The notes: generated by a model from the sequence alone, not told the origin. Positions 14,843 to 31,097 are shown, counted from the first letter of the stretch. The stretch: 64,000 nt of DNA from Escherichia coli 042 (GCF_000027125.1 NC_017626.1); one strand, 5' to 3'. Numbers and translations are program-made.

Positions 14843-15817
14843 TTAATGGATGCCGCCAATGCGACTTAAGCGCACACCTGTCGGCCATTCGCCTTCTTGC
14901 TTATCGAAGCTCATCCAGATAGCCGTTGCCCGACCGACCAGATTCGCTTCCGGCACAAAGCCCCAGTAACGGCTGTCCGCGCTGTTGTCGCGGTTGTCAC
15001 CCATCATGAAGTATTGTCCCGGAGGAACAATCCAGGTTGCCAGTTGTTGCCCTGGCTGCTGGTAATACATCCCCACCTGATCCTGCGCAATCGGCACTGT
15101 CAGAATGCGGTGCGTCACATCACCCAGTGTCTCTTTACGCTCGGAAAGACGAATTCCATTTTCTTTGGTTTCGTTTTTCGGCACTTCAAAGAATCCGCTG
15201 GTCGCTTCCCCACCATTACGGCGTGAGAAGGTCTGAACGAAATCGCTCGGTTCCACGTTTGAGTAGGTGACCGGCAGCGCGTTTTCACACGCCTGGCCGG
15301 AACTGCATCCCGGTTGAATCGTCAGCTCTTTTGAGACCGGATCGTAAGTGACTTTATCGCCCGGTAAACCCACCGCGCGCTTGATGTAATCAAGCTTTGG
15401 ATCTTCCGGATATTTAAAGACCACGATATCGCCGCGTTTCGGATGACCGGTTTCGATCAGCGTTTTCTGGTAGATAGGATCTTTAATGCCATAAGCAAAC
15501 TTCTCTACCAGAATAAAATCACCGATTAACAGAGTCGGCATCATCGAACCTGACGGGATCTGGAACGGTTCATAAATAAACGAACGCACAATCAATACGA
15601 TAGCCAGTACCGGAAAAACAGAAGCACCGGTTTCCAGCCAGCCAGGCTTCGGCGCAACCTTTTTCAACGTTGCTTTATCCAGTGAGTCACCGGCAGCCGC
15701 CTGCGCCGCTGCCTGACGTTCCCGCCGTTTAGGTGCGAAAAAGAATTTATCCACGCACCATAAAATGCCCGTCACTAGTGTGGCAATCACCAGAATCAGG
15801 GCAAACATATTCGCCAT
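14843..15817 (-). CDS. lepB: Signal peptidase I
   Basis: 324-aa ORF recognised as LepB. Confidence 0.95.
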   Translation of the reverse strand: MANMFALILVIATLVTGILWCVDKFFFAPKRRERQAAAQAAAGDSLDKATLKKVAPKPGWLETGASVFPVLAIVLIVRSFIYEPFQIPSGSMMPTLLIGDFILVEKFAYGIKDPIYQKTLIETGHPKRGDIVVFKYPEDPKLDYIKRAVGLPGDKVTYDPVSKELTIQPGCSSGQACENALPVTYSNVEPSDFVQTFSRRNGGEATSGFFEVPKNETKENGIRLSERKETLGDVTHRILTVPIAQDQVGMYYQQPGQQLATWIVPPGQYFMMGDNRDNSADSRYWGFVPEANLVGRATAIWMSFDKQEGEWPTGVRLSRIGGIH

Positions 15818-15832
15818 GCCAACTCCTAAGGG

Positions 15833-17632
<1,800 letters not shown>

Positions 17633-17829
17633 AAAGTATGATTATTGTGCCTTAATGCCCGGTTAACCAGGCTTTTAGAAGTCGCTGTTCTGAGCTTAAC
17701 GTCTGTATTAATAGAAACGCCGCATTCTACACTACAACATTGAGGCGAGGAAATGTTCATACCGTATGGATTGTGGTATCTGGAAACGTCCTCGCATTTG
17801 TTATGCAAAATGCAACAAAGCCAGTGAAA

Positions 17830-18309
17830 TCACTGGCTCGCGTCTTCCGAAGATGTTTCAAATCGCACAAGGCCAGGCGGCAATGCCACGCTTAAGATGA
17901 TCGGTTGCCATTCAGACCGGGCAGCAAACTTTCGAGAGCCGCCACGTGCAATCAGGAATCCACCAACGCCACCGAGAATCGCACCGCATAATGCTGCAAT
18001 ATCTGAAGCAAAGAGTAGCTGAAATAGTGAAGCGATGAGGAATAGTCCCACCAACGGCGACATATAAACCAGTAATGCGGAGCTAAGCAGGCTGCCTTCG
18101 GCGATCCCCAATTCCACTTTTTGCCCCGGCACTAACGGTTCATCACAGGGTACGACAATGGTATGCGTGGTTTGCGGGCCAAGTTTATTCAACACGCGGC
18201 TACCGCAACCGGCGCGTGAAGCGCAGCTGCTGCATGAGGCTTTAACATCACAACTAACCAGCGCCTGCCCGTTTTCCCAGGAGATGACGGTAGCCCACTC
18301 TTTGATCAT
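17830..18309 (-). CDS. rseC: Sigma-E regulatory protein RseC
   Basis: 159-aa ORF; position in the rpoE-rseABC operon. Confidence 0.9.
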   Translation of the reverse strand: MIKEWATVISWENGQALVSCDVKASCSSCASRAGCGSRVLNKLGPQTTHTIVVPCDEPLVPGQKVELGIAEGSLLSSALLVYMSPLVGLFLIASLFQLLFASDIAALCGAILGGVGGFLIARGGSRKFAARSEWQPIILSVALPPGLVRFETSSEDASQ

Positions 18310-19262
18310 TGCGCTGCCCCGAACTTAATATTCTCGGCAATGCGTTTCGCCGTTTGCGGCGGCAGTTCACCGACAATGGTGATTTCGGCGTTATCACGTA
18401 CGCTTGTACTGACGGTTCTGCGTCCGGTGCGCAACATCTGATCGGTGCTCGATGGCGTAGCGCGGTTAACGTTTACCGAAAAGCTGAATAATCCGTCGGA
18501 ATAGAGACGTGATTCGATAGGCATGTTGTCCATCGTCGGTAGCGGACGTCGACTACTGGAAACTTCGCTAAAACCCTGTGGCAACCAGGTTGGCGTCCAG
18601 CTGAATTTAGCTTTTTCACCTACAGGAACAGAAAGCAACGGCGGCAAATTTGCCTTCGCCAACGTCTGCATACTGCTGCTGATATCCTGATTGACATTAA
18701 AAGCAATCACGCGAAATTGTTCCAGCGTTTCACCATCGCGATCAAGGAGATCAACCCGCATCGGTAATTTCGATTCGGTGTCCATCCACACGATGTAGCT
18801 GTAGCGTGTACCATCTCGGGCAACCACACGAATGACTTCGCAAAGACGATCAGCAATACGCGTGCGCCCGACGGAGATAAAGTCGTAGTAAGGAGAAAGG
18901 CGTTTGAAATCGGTATAGATGAGCGATGGTAGAGAATCAACAATGTAATCGCCATTAAGCGTGAACGGTTCAAGTCCCGGTTCAAAATAGCTGATTTCAT
19001 TGCCGCGCTGTACCACTTCCCGGCGCGGGCCATCCATTTGCAACAATTGTGCAAGAGGACGGTTATCGAGGCGTGCATGTCGATAACGCAGAGACTCAAC
19101 ACCCTGTTTATTGATGCTGATGAATGACAGCTCGTAATTCAGTGACTGACTGGCCAGGTTCATCTGCTGTAATAACGCCCCGGACGCGGGAGTGGCCGAG
19201 GCGTTAGCAGAGAATAACAGGCTACCTGTCACTAATGACATGGCAAACCAAAGTTGCTTCAT
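18306..19262 (-). CDS. rseB: Sigma-E regulatory protein RseB
   Basis: 318-aa ORF with signal peptide. Confidence 0.92.
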   Translation of the reverse strand: MKQLWFAMSLVTGSLLFSANASATPASGALLQQMNLASQSLNYELSFISINKQGVESLRYRHARLDNRPLAQLLQMDGPRREVVQRGNEISYFEPGLEPFTLNGDYIVDSLPSLIYTDFKRLSPYYDFISVGRTRIADRLCEVIRVVARDGTRYSYIVWMDTESKLPMRVDLLDRDGETLEQFRVIAFNVNQDISSSMQTLAKANLPPLLSVPVGEKAKFSWTPTWLPQGFSEVSSSRRPLPTMDNMPIESRLYSDGLFSFSVNVNRATPSSTDQMLRTGRRTVSTSVRDNAEITIVGELPPQTAKRIAENIKFGAAQ

Positions 19263-19912
19263 TACTGCGATTGCGTTCCTAAAGTTTGAATTCCTGGCAC
19301 CTGTACAGCGGCTTGCTGAGTTTGCGCCTGCTCAAACTGAAGCTGTTCAGAGTGGAGTCGGCGTTGCAGTTCGTAATCCTGCAACATTGCATTAATGCGA
19401 CGACGCTGCTCCTGTACCTGCTGCTGTTGACCATTATTTGCGGTCGCTTCAGAAGGTACTCCCAAGCTAACCGGGCTGGCTTTACCCATCATCGGCAGTG
19501 TATTAAATACCGGCGTTTCGGGCTGCTGGGACGTTTCAGATTGTCCATTATAGTGCTGGACCCCAACGATAACTGCAAGCGATACGCATGCTGCTACGCC
19601 CATTTGGGTAAGCTGTGCCGCCCACGGACGTACTTTCTGCCAGAATGGCATTTTCTGCCATTGATGCGGCGCAGGCTGGGCTTCCGGGATCAATGTCGCC
19701 GGTTGACGTACTGGCTCTTCTTCAATGGCGGCCATCACGCGTGAAGAGATATCGAAATGGAGCACCTCGGGAGTATCACCCCGCATTGAGTCACGGATTA
19801 AGTGATAGCTTTCCCAAGTTTTCTGCATTTCTGGGTTATGAGCCAGTTCGTTAAGCAGCTCACTATCCAGCGTTTCGCCATCCATTAAAGCGGAAAGTTG
19901 TTCTTTCTGCAT
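19262..19912 (-). CDS. rseA: Anti-sigma-E factor RseA
   Basis: ORF 19262..19948; start trimmed to MQKEQLSALMDGE (216 aa). Confidence 0.92.
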   Translation of the reverse strand: MQKEQLSALMDGETLDSELLNELAHNPEMQKTWESYHLIRDSMRGDTPEVLHFDISSRVMAAIEEEPVRQPATLIPEAQPAPHQWQKMPFWQKVRPWAAQLTQMGVAACVSLAVIVGVQHYNGQSETSQQPETPVFNTLPMMGKASPVSLGVPSEATANNGQQQQVQEQRRRINAMLQDYELQRRLHSEQLQFEQAQTQQAAVQVPGIQTLGTQSQ

Positions 19913-19944
19913 GCCTAATACCCTTATCCAGTATCCCGCTATCG

Positions 19945-20520
19945 TCAACGCCTGATAAGCGGTTGAACTTTGTTATCAATAGCTTCCCTCGCTCGGAAGA
20001 TACGTGAACGCACCGTACCTACCGGACAATCCATGATAGCGGCTATCTCTTCATAGCTCAGGCCATCCAGCTCCCGCAAGGTTATTGCCATGCGTAAATC
20101 TTCCGGGAGGGACTCAATAGTTCGGAAAACTATCTGTCTCAGTTCTTCTGACAACATTAAGTTCTCAGGGTTCGAAATTTCTTTCAACGCGCCGCCACTT
20201 TCGAAGTTTTCAGCTTCAATGGCATCCACATCACTGGAAGGTGGACGACGCCCCTGAGCAACCAGGTAATTTTTCGCTGTATTTACAGCAATCCGATACA
20301 GCCATGTATAAAAAGCGCTATCTCCCCGGAACGAATCCAGCGCACGATAGGCTTTAATAAAAGCTTCTTGTACCACATCGGGAACATCACCCGACGGCAC
20401 ATAGCGGGAAACCAGACTCGCCACTTTATGCTGATAGCGCACTACCAGTAAGTTAAAGGCTTTCTGATCTCCCTTCTGGACCCGTTCAACCAGGACCTGG
20501 TCCGTTAACTGCTCGCTCAT
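19945..20520 (-). CDS. rpoE: RNA polymerase sigma-E factor
   Basis: ORF 19945..20553; start trimmed to MSEQLTDQVLVERVQKGDQ (191 aa). Confidence 0.95.
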   Translation of the reverse strand: MSEQLTDQVLVERVQKGDQKAFNLLVVRYQHKVASLVSRYVPSGDVPDVVQEAFIKAYRALDSFRGDSAFYTWLYRIAVNTAKNYLVAQGRRPPSSDVDAIEAENFESGGALKEISNPENLMLSEELRQIVFRTIESLPEDLRMAITLRELDGLSYEEIAAIMDCPVGTVRSRIFRAREAIDNKVQPLIRR

Positions 20521-20602
20521 CCGAGGTAAAGTCTCCCCAAACCAAATTTCCACGCGCTATCGAAACGCCACTCCATTAGCTGCAATTTGAGCAAGCAAAG
20601 GG

Positions 20603-20630
20603 TTAGAGTGTCTCGTTTTTGTAAAGTTCC
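20603..20630 (-). promoter_or_regulatory. Sigma-E-dependent rpoE promoter
   Basis: Minus strand reads GGAACTT, 16-nt spacer, TCTAA, matching the sigma-E consensus. Confidence 0.7.
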
Positions 20631-20903
20631 GTAACGCATCTGTTTTTGTTTGTCATGCTGTAGACGGATCATTATCTATCATTATAAGTCTACAGAATCT
20701 GAACATCGCATTATCTGTGTAGAAATGCCCATTTAACTGCCTGAAGAGTAACCCAACGGCCTTTTTATTTCACCACCTAATCCTCCACCAGCCAGTAACT
20801 TCTCTTTTTCTCGCCGCCCTGCGTCAGCGTGTTTAGCCACTGTAACAAATATTAAAATAGTAGGTGTTTAATCGCACAACATGATGCTATGCTGACCAAA
20901 CCG

Positions 20904-23272
<2,369 letters not shown>

Positions 23273-23403
23273 GAAAATAAAACCTTGCAGGAAAAACGGC
23301 GATAGCACCGGGTGAGAACAATACCCGAGAAGCGATATCCATACAAACAGATGAAGATTGCAGCCGTAACGTCTATAATCAGCGCCCCACACAGAGGTAG
23401 AAC

Positions 23404-24738
23404 ATGACTGTAACGACTTTTTCCGAACTTGAACTCGACGAAAGCCTGCTGGAAGCACTCCAGGATAAAGGTTTCACTCGCCCGACCGCCATTCAGGCTG
23501 CCGCCATTCCGCCTGCGCTCGATGGCCGTGATGTACTCGGTTCTGCGCCGACAGGCACCGGTAAAACGGCGGCGTATCTGCTGCCAGCGTTGCAGCACCT
23601 GCTCGATTTCCCACGTAAGAAATCCGGTCCGCCGCGTATTTTGATCCTCACCCCAACTCGCGAGCTGGCGATGCAGGTGGCCGATCATGCCCGCGAACTG
23701 GCGAAACATACGCATCTGGATATCGCCACCATCACCGGCGGCGTAGCCTATATGAACCACGCGGAAGTGTTCAGCGAAAATCAGGACATCGTGGTCGCCA
23801 CGACCGGACGTTTGCTGCAATACATAAAAGAAGAGAACTTCGATTGCCGCGCGGTTGAAACTCTTATCCTCGACGAAGCAGACCGTATGCTGGATATGGG
23901 CTTCGCTCAGGATATCGAACATATTGCTGGCGAAACGCGCTGGCGTAAACAGACCCTGCTCTTTTCCGCAACGCTGGAAGGCGATGCGATTCAGGACTTT
24001 GCCGAGCGTCTGCTGGAAGATCCGGTGGAAGTTTCTGCGAATCCCTCCACCCGTGAGCGCAAAAAGATCCATCAGTGGTATTACCGCGCCGATGATCTTG
24101 AGCATAAAACCGCGTTGCTGGTGCACCTGTTAAAACAGCCTGAAGCGACTCGCTCAATTGTGTTTGTGCGTAAGCGTGAGCGTGTGCATGAGCTGGCAAA
24201 CTGGCTGCGCGAGGCGGGCATCAACAACTGCTATCTCGAAGGTGAGATGGTACAAGGCAAGCGTAACGAAGCGATCAAGCGTTTGACCGAAGGCCGCGTA
24301 AACGTACTGGTTGCCACCGATGTTGCTGCACGCGGTATCGACATTCCTGATGTCAGCCACGTCTTTAACTTCGATATGCCGCGTAGTGGTGATACTTATT
24401 TGCACCGTATCGGACGTACCGCGCGCGCCGGTCGTAAAGGCACCGCAATTTCGCTAGTGGAAGCCCATGACCATCTGCTGCTAGGCAAAGTTGGCCGTTA
24501 TATTGAAGAGCCAATTAAAGCTCGCGTAATTGATGAGTTACGCCCGAAAACGCGTGCACCAAGCGAGAAGCAGACCGGCAAGCCATCGAAGAAAGTGCTG
24601 GCTAAACGCGCCGAGAAGAAAAAAGCTAAAGAGAAAGAGAAGCCGCGAGTGAAAAAACGCCATCGCGATACCAAAAATATTGGTAAGCGCCGTAAACCAA
24701 GCGGAACGGGCGTGCCACCGCAAACGACAGAAGAGTAA
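23404..24738 (+). CDS. srmB: ATP-dependent RNA helicase SrmB (DEAD-box)
   Basis: 444-aa ORF with [12 protein letters not shown] and SAT motifs. Confidence 0.95.
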   Translation: MTVTTFSELELDESLLEALQDKGFTRPTAIQAAAIPPALDGRDVLGSAPTGTGKTAAYLLPALQHLLDFPRKKSGPPRILILTPTRELAMQVADHARELAKHTHLDIATITGGVAYMNHAEVFSENQDIVVATTGRLLQYIKEENFDCRAVETLILDEADRMLDMGFAQDIEHIAGETRWRKQTLLFSATLEGDAIQDFAERLLEDPVEVSANPSTRERKKIHQWYYRADDLEHKTALLVHLLKQPEATRSIVFVRKRERVHELANWLREAGINNCYLEGEMVQGKRNEAIKRLTEGRVNVLVATDVAARGIDIPDVSHVFNFDMPRSGDTYLHRIGRTARAGRKGTAISLVEAHDHLLLGKVGRYIEEPIKARVIDELRPKTRAPSEKQTGKPSKKVLAKRAEKKKAKEKEKPRVKKRHRDTKNIGKRRKPSGTGVPPQTTEE

Positions 24739-24740
24739 TC

Positions 24741-24768
24741 TTAATTCCGGGTTTAAGCCCGGAATTAA
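24741..24768. other. 11-bp-stem hairpin 3' of srmB
   Basis: ttaattccggg-tttaag-cccggaattaa; no clear T-run on either strand. Confidence 0.5.
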
Positions 24769-24790
24769 AAGTGCTGGCAAACGCAAAACT

Positions 24791-24819
24791 GCCTGATGCG
24801 CTACGCTTATCAGGCCTAC
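24791..24819. repeat. REP / palindromic unit
   Basis: gcctgatgcgctacgcttatcaggcctac, REP-like palindrome. Confidence 0.65.
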
Positions 24820-24854
24820 ATGGCTCATGCAATATATTGAATTTGCACGATCTT

Positions 24855-24874
24855 GTAGGCCGGATAAGGCGTTC
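24855..24874. repeat. Left half of a REP/palindromic unit split by the IS (right half at 26317-26335)
   Basis: gtaggccggataaggcGTTC [IS] GTTCacgccgcatccggca; removing the IS and one GTTC restores a canonical REP. Confidence 0.75.
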
Positions 24875-25398
24875 TGAACTGCACCCCAAATGTTGGACAT
24901 AATCTGACATCTGAAGGTGCAGTTTATGAAACATTCATTTGAAGTAAAACTTGCCGCTGTAAATCATTACCTGGCTGGTCATGCAGGCATCATTTCTACG
25001 GCAAAACTCTTTCAACTTTCTCACACCAGCCTCTCACACTGGATTAATCTTTTTCTTCTTCACGGTCCTCGGGCACTGGATTGCAGACACAAGCGTAGCT
25101 ATTCTCCTGAAGATAAACTTTGCGTGGTTCTTTATGCTCTCGGGCATTCTGAGTCTCTACCCCGGGTAGCTGCCCGGTTTAACATTCCCAGCCACAACAC
25201 GGTTAAAAACTGGATAAAAGGCTACCGCAAATCTGGTAATGAGGCCTTTATCAGGCGCAGGAAGGAGAAAAGCATGACCCGTTCTGATGATACCCATGAA
25301 AACGAGGCAAACATGACGCCGGAAGAGATGAAGAATGAGCTGCGTTATCTTCGCGCAGAAAATGCATATCTGAAAGCCATGCAGGAGCATCTCCTGGA

Positions 25399-26306
<908 letters not shown>

Positions 26307-26357
26307 GTTCACGCCGCATCCGGCATGAACAAAACGCACTTCGTCGACAAGTTGGGT

Positions 26358-26388
26358 GCCGGGTTTAAGCCCGGCATTATTTTTATCC
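26358..26388 (+). terminator. Hairpin plus T-tract, plus-strand orientation (possible native srmB terminator displaced by the IS)
   Basis: gccgggtttaagcccggc followed by attatttttat; shares a 16-nt core with the hairpin at 24748-24763. Confidence 0.5.
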
Positions 26389-27264
26389 CGGCAAAAAACA
26401 CTCTTCAACACACTGAATAAAAGTGTGCATCGCCGGGCTAACCGCTTTTCCAGCATGGTGTGCGCACATGGCCGTAATGGTCTGCGACTGTTCGCCAAAA
26501 GGCAATTCAATTAATTCTCCGCTCTCAAGCTCTTTTTCCACCGCAAAGCGGGGCAAGTAACTGACCCCGATATTCGCCGCGACACAACGCTTGATGCTTT
26601 CGATACTTATAAGCTCAATGGTGTTTTCCACCGTGATCCGCCGCTGTCGCAGCGTGCTCTCAAATATCTGCCGGAAGACACATTGCGGTTCGTTGATAAT
26701 AAAGCTACAGGCGTTATGTCTTCCCGGCTCAGTAAAATCGACATCTGCAATTTGTGGTGAAGCCACCAGCACCAGCGATTGTTCACCCAACTCCCGTCGG
26801 TTCAAAGCATCATCATTTCCTACGCGATAAAAGACGCCAACATCGGCCTCATCATTCAGTAGTGCATCACGGATCACGTAACAGTTCAGCGACTGCAACG
26901 ATAAACGCACTTTTGGTGCGCGTTGCCGAAAACGCTGCAACACCTCCGGCATTCGGTAAGAGAGCAACGTTTCGCCCGAAACAACGCGTAGTTCCCCGTC
27001 CGGATCCGACTCTTTTTTGGCAGCCTCACGAAGCGTATCCATCACTCGGGTAAGTTCATAGATGTGCGGCAGCAGCTTTTTTCCTTCGCGAGTGAGGCAC
27101 ATCCGTCGACCAATTTTCTCAAACAACTGTACCGAGAACTCCTGTTCAAGCTGCTGAATATGAAAAGTCACCGTCGATTGTGTACAGCACAATTTTTGCG
27201 AAGCTCGCAAAAAGGAACCCTCTTCCACCACGGTTTTAAGCGTAATAAAACGGCGCAGATCCAT
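26383..27264 (-). CDS. yfiE: LysR-family transcriptional regulator YfiE
   Basis: ORF 26383..27309; start trimmed to MDLRRFITLKTVVEEGSF (293 aa). Confidence 0.88.
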   Translation of the reverse strand: MDLRRFITLKTVVEEGSFLRASQKLCCTQSTVTFHIQQLEQEFSVQLFEKIGRRMCLTREGKKLLPHIYELTRVMDTLREAAKKESDPDGELRVVSGETLLSYRMPEVLQRFRQRAPKVRLSLQSLNCYVIRDALLNDEADVGVFYRVGNDDALNRRELGEQSLVLVASPQIADVDFTEPGRHNACSFIINEPQCVFRQIFESTLRQRRITVENTIELISIESIKRCVAANIGVSYLPRFAVEKELESGELIELPFGEQSQTITAMCAHHAGKAVSPAMHTFIQCVEECFLPG

Positions 27265-27366
27265 AACTCCAAACCTATCAAAAATATCGAATTCAGAATG
27301 TAAAAACATTCATTTTTTTAAATGTTCCGTGTCGGGTACTGTCTACCAAAACAGAGGAGATAACAA

Positions 27367-27954
27367 GTGACACCGACCCTTTTAAGTGCTTTTTGGACTT
27401 ACACCCTGATTACCGCCATGACGCCAGGACCGAACAATATTCTCGCCCTTAGCTCAGCCACATCGCACGGATTTCGTCAGAGTACCCGCGTGCTGGCAGG
27501 GATGAGTCTGGGATTTTTAATCGTCATGTTGCTGTGTGCGGGAATTTCGTTTTCACTGGCTGTTATCGACCCGGCAGCAGTGCATCTGTTGAGTTGGGCA
27601 GGAGCGGCATACATTGTCTGGCTGGCGTGGAAAATCGCTACCAGTCCAACAAAGGAAGACGGACTTCAGGCAAAACCAATCAGCTTTTGGGCCAGCTTTG
27701 CTTTGCAGTTTGTGAACGTCAAAATCATTTTGTATGGCGTTACGGCACTGTCGACGTTTGTCCTGCCGCAAACGCAGGCGCTAAGCTGGGTAGTTGGCGT
27801 CAGCGTTTTGCTGGCGATGATTGGGACGTTTGGCAATGTGTGCTGGGCGCTGGCGGGGCATCTGTTTCAGCGATTGTTTCGCCAGTATGGTCGCCAGTTA
27901 AATATCGTGCTTGCCCTGTTGCTGGTCTATTGCGCGGTACGCATTTTCTATTAA
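27367..27954 (+). CDS. eamB: Cysteine / O-acetylserine exporter EamB (LysE family)
   Basis: 195-aa multi-pass membrane ORF (MTPTLLSAFWTYTLITAMTPGPNN). Confidence 0.9.
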   Translation: MTPTLLSAFWTYTLITAMTPGPNNILALSSATSHGFRQSTRVLAGMSLGFLIVMLLCAGISFSLAVIDPAAVHLLSWAGAAYIVWLAWKIATSPTKEDGLQAKPISFWASFALQFVNVKIILYGVTALSTFVLPQTQALSWVVGVSVLLAMIGTFGNVCWALAGHLFQRLFRQYGRQLNIVLALLLVYCAVRIFY

Positions 27955-27955
27955 C

Positions 27956-27992
27956 GAAAAAAAGCGGAAGAAGTCGCCCTCTTCCGCTTAGT
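27956..27992. terminator. Bidirectional terminator between convergent eamB and grcA
   Basis: agcggaag ... cttccgct hairpin flanked by A- and T-rich runs. Confidence 0.6.
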
Positions 27993-28009
27993 AACTTGCT
28001 ACTTAAGCC

Positions 28010-28393
28010 TTACAGGCTTTCAGTAAAGGTACGAGCGATAACGTCGCGCTGCTGTTCCGGAGTCAGAGAGTTAAAGCGAACTGCATAACCGGATACACGG
28101 ATGGTCAGCTGCGGATATTTTTCCGGATGCTTAACTGCATCTTCCAGAGTTTCACGACGCAGAACGTTAACGTTCAGGTGTTGACCACCTTCAACGCGAA
28201 CTTCTGGTTTCACTTCTACTGGAACTTCACGGTACTCAATGTCACCCAGTTTGCTTACTGCAACCACTTCGTCTTCTGCAAAACCTGCTTTCGCAACGAT
28301 GCAACGCGCTTCGCCTTTTTCGCTGTCCAGCAGCCAGAAAGAGTTCAGCAGATCGTCATTAGCGGCTTTAGTAATCTGGATACCTGTAATCAT
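28010..28393 (-). CDS. grcA: Autonomous glycyl radical cofactor GrcA (YfiD)
   Basis: ORF 28010..28489; start trimmed to [20 protein letters not shown] (127 aa); C-terminal glycyl-radical motif RVSGYAV. Confidence 0.92.
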
Positions 28394-28499
28394 GTGATGC
28401 CTCCCCGGCAAAATTATTGATTTGTTCAGCCTGTCGCGGCCAATTGGTAAAACCATTGTTGCTTGAGTGTATATATACTCCTCAATCACCCTTGATTCT

Positions 28500-28513
28500 T
28501 TGATTTAAATCAA
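28500..28513. promoter_or_regulatory. FNR box (promoter-proximal) of grcA
   Basis: Perfect TTGAT-ttaa-ATCAA palindrome. Confidence 0.75.
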
Positions 28514-28552
28514 TAAAAAACACATATCGAGTGTGGTCACAAATGGGTTTTA

Positions 28553-28566
28553 TTGTTTTACATCAA
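28553..28566. promoter_or_regulatory. Second FNR-like box upstream of grcA
   Basis: TTGTT-ttac-ATCAA, centred 53 bp from the first box. Confidence 0.6.
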
Positions 28567-28696
28567 CTTATGCAGGTGTGAAATTTTACCAATTTACATT
28601 TTTTTGCATGTCTTTTTGTCTATAAAATGAGCATGATTTTGTTCTGTAGAAAGAAGCAGTTAAGCTAGGCGGATTGAAGATTCGCAGGAGAGCGAG

Positions 28697-29386
28697 ATGG
28701 CTAACGAATTAACCTGGCATGATGTGCTGGCAGAAGAGAAGCAGCAACCCTATTTTCTTAATACCCTTCAGACCGTCGCCAGCGAGCGGCAGTCCGGCGT
28801 CACTATCTATCCACCACAAAAAGATGTCTTTAACGCCTTCCGCTTTACAGAGTTGGGTGACGTTAAAGTGGTGATCCTCGGTCAGGATCCTTATCACGGA
28901 CCGGGACAGGCGCATGGTCTGGCATTTTCCGTTCGCCCCGGCATTGCGACACCGCCGTCACTGCTGAATATGTATAAAGAGCTCGAAAATACTATTCCCG
29001 GCTTCACCCGCCCTAATCATGGTTATCTTGAAAGCTGGGCGCGTCAGGGCGTTCTGCTGCTCAATACCGTCTTGACGGTTCGCGCAGGTCAGGCGCATTC
29101 CCACGCCAGCCTCGGCTGGGAGACGTTTACAGATAAAGTCATCAGCCTGATTAACCAGCACCGCGAAGGTGTGGTGTTTTTGTTGTGGGGATCACATGCG
29201 CAAAAGAAAGGGGCGATTATAGATAAGCAACGCCATCATGTACTGAAAGCACCGCATCCGTCGCCGCTTTCTGCGCATCGTGGATTCTTTGGCTGTAACC
29301 ATTTTGTGCAGGCAAATCAGTGGCTGGAACAACGTGGCGAGACGCCGATTGACTGGATGCCAGTATTACCGGCAGAGAGTGAGTAA
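28697..29386 (+). CDS. ung: Uracil-DNA glycosylase
   Basis: 229-aa ORF with UDG motifs GQDPYH and HPSPLS. Confidence 0.95.
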   Translation: MANELTWHDVLAEEKQQPYFLNTLQTVASERQSGVTIYPPQKDVFNAFRFTELGDVKVVILGQDPYHGPGQAHGLAFSVRPGIATPPSLLNMYKELENTIPGFTRPNHGYLESWARQGVLLLNTVLTVRAGQAHSHASLGWETFTDKVISLINQHREGVVFLLWGSHAQKKGAIIDKQRHHVLKAPHPSPLSAHRGFFGCNHFVQANQWLEQRGETPIDWMPVLPAESE

Positions 29387-29433
29387 ATTTGCGGGAAAAC
29401 GCCGGATGGCAGAGTTACCACCCGGCTGATTTA

Positions 29434-30471
29434 TCAGGCTTTATTCTGACGCCACCATTCACCAAGTAAAACGCCGGTTGCGACAGAGATATTTAGCCCG
29501 GCAACGTTGCCAGTACCATCAATCTTCACGCGCAAATCGTTCGGATCGCGTGCGGCATCCGGTAACCCTTCATATTCCTGACCCAACACCAGCACCATTT
29601 TCGCTGGTAGACTGGTTTTGAACAGCGGTTTACCCTGCTCGCTGGAAGTGGTCACCACGGTGTAACCCGCCTGTCGGAAATCATCCAGCACGTTAACAAT
29701 GTTGTCGCCAGTAATCGGCTGAACGTGCTCTGCGCCGCCTTCTGCGGTACGGATAGCCGCACCCGATTCCAGCAGTGCCGCATCCTGCACCACAACGCCT
29801 TTCACGCCGAAGTGCGCACAGCTGCGCATCATGCCCCCCAGGTTATGCGGGTTAGATTCGTTTTCCAGGGCCAGTACACAATCCTGCGCGCCTGCCTGGC
29901 TTACCCACTGCTGCACGGTTGTACCGTTACGCTTTTTGATCAGGAAGCAAACGCCGCCGTGATGTTCCGTGCCTGACGCTTTTGTCAGTTCCGCTTCATC
30001 CACCACATGGTACGCTTTGCGGTTTGCCGCCATCCAGCGCAAGGCTTCTTTAAAACGCGGCGTTACACTCTGGATAAACCAGGCGCGAACAATCGCTTCC
30101 GGACGGCTCTGGAACAGTGCCTGACATGCATTTTCGCCGTAGACGCGGGTTTCTTCCGCACGCTGACGACGCAAAACTTCCGGATCAATAAAACTTTTAC
30201 CACTTATGCCACCGTGATCGGCCTTTTCCGGCGTCTCATCACCCGGCGCGCGGGAAACTGTACGCCAGGGCGACTCTTCCCACTTGCGGTCACGGGGCTG
30301 ACTTTGTTTGTCATCGCGGGCGGGGCGACGGCCACCGTCAGCACGAGATTTTCCTGGACGCCCGCCCCCTTTCCCGGTACGCGGGTTGTGGGTACGTTTA
30401 TCAGAATCATCATCACTGCGGACATACATCACTTTGACCTTGCCGCTTTTACCTTTCATTTCATCGTTCAT
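29434..30471 (-). CDS. yfiF: SpoU-family RNA methyltransferase YfiF
   Basis: ORF 29434..30546; start trimmed to [14 protein letters not shown] (345 aa); basic Gly/Arg-rich N-terminus, C-terminal SPOUT fold. Confidence 0.85.
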   Translation of the reverse strand: MNDEMKGKSGKVKVMYVRSDDDSDKRTHNPRTGKGGGRPGKSRADGGRRPARDDKQSQPRDRKWEESPWRTVSRAPGDETPEKADHGGISGKSFIDPEVLRRQRAEETRVYGENACQALFQSRPEAIVRAWFIQSVTPRFKEALRWMAANRKAYHVVDEAELTKASGTEHHGGVCFLIKKRNGTTVQQWVSQAGAQDCVLALENESNPHNLGGMMRSCAHFGVKGVVVQDAALLESGAAIRTAEGGAEHVQPITGDNIVNVLDDFRQAGYTVVTTSSEQGKPLFKTSLPAKMVLVLGQEYEGLPDAARDPNDLRVKIDGTGNVAGLNISVATGVLLGEWWRQNKA

Positions 30472-30677
30472 GCTTTTCTCCACCAGCGCTGCGCGAAGCG
30501 CGCAGATTACCCGAAGTGCGCGCGGTTCGCCATGATTTCGTACCAAAGCCTGCGACTATCATACCTATTGAATAAAACAGATTGTTGTCTGGAACAATGT
30601 CCCCGATAATATGTAACATATTAGAAACATACCGGCGTCGTTGCCGATAAGTCTCCTTACTCATCCCGAGGTTAGTT

Positions 30678-31097
30678 ATGAATACCGTTTGTACCCATTG
30701 TCAGGCCATCAATCGCATTCCCGACGATCGGATCGAAGATGCGGCAAAATGCGGACGCTGCGGTCACGACTTGTTTGACGGAGAGGTTATTAATGCGACC
30801 GGTGAAACGTTCGACAAATTGCTGAAAGATGATCTACCTGTGGTGATCGACTTCTGGGCACCGTGGTGCGGTCCCTGCCGTAATTTCGCACCAATTTTTG
30901 AAGATGTCGCGCAAGAGCGTAGCGGTAAAGTGCGCTTTGTGAAAGTGAATACCGAAGCTGAACGTGAATTAAGCAGCCGCTTTGGAATTCGTAGCATACC
31001 GACGATCATGATTTTCAAAAACGGTCAGGTTGTCGACATGCTTAATGGCGCAGTACCGAAAGCGCCGTTCGACAGCTGGCTGAACGAATCTCTTTAA
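30678..31097 (+). CDS. trxC: Thioredoxin 2
   Basis: 139-aa ORF with N-terminal zinc-finger cysteines (CTHC..CGRC) and WCGPC active site. Confidence 0.95.
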   Translation: MNTVCTHCQAINRIPDDRIEDAAKCGRCGHDLFDGEVINATGETFDKLLKDDLPVVIDFWAPWCGPCRNFAPIFEDVAQERSGKVRFVKVNTEAERELSSRFGIRSIPTIMIFKNGQVVDMLNGAVPKAPFDSWLNESL

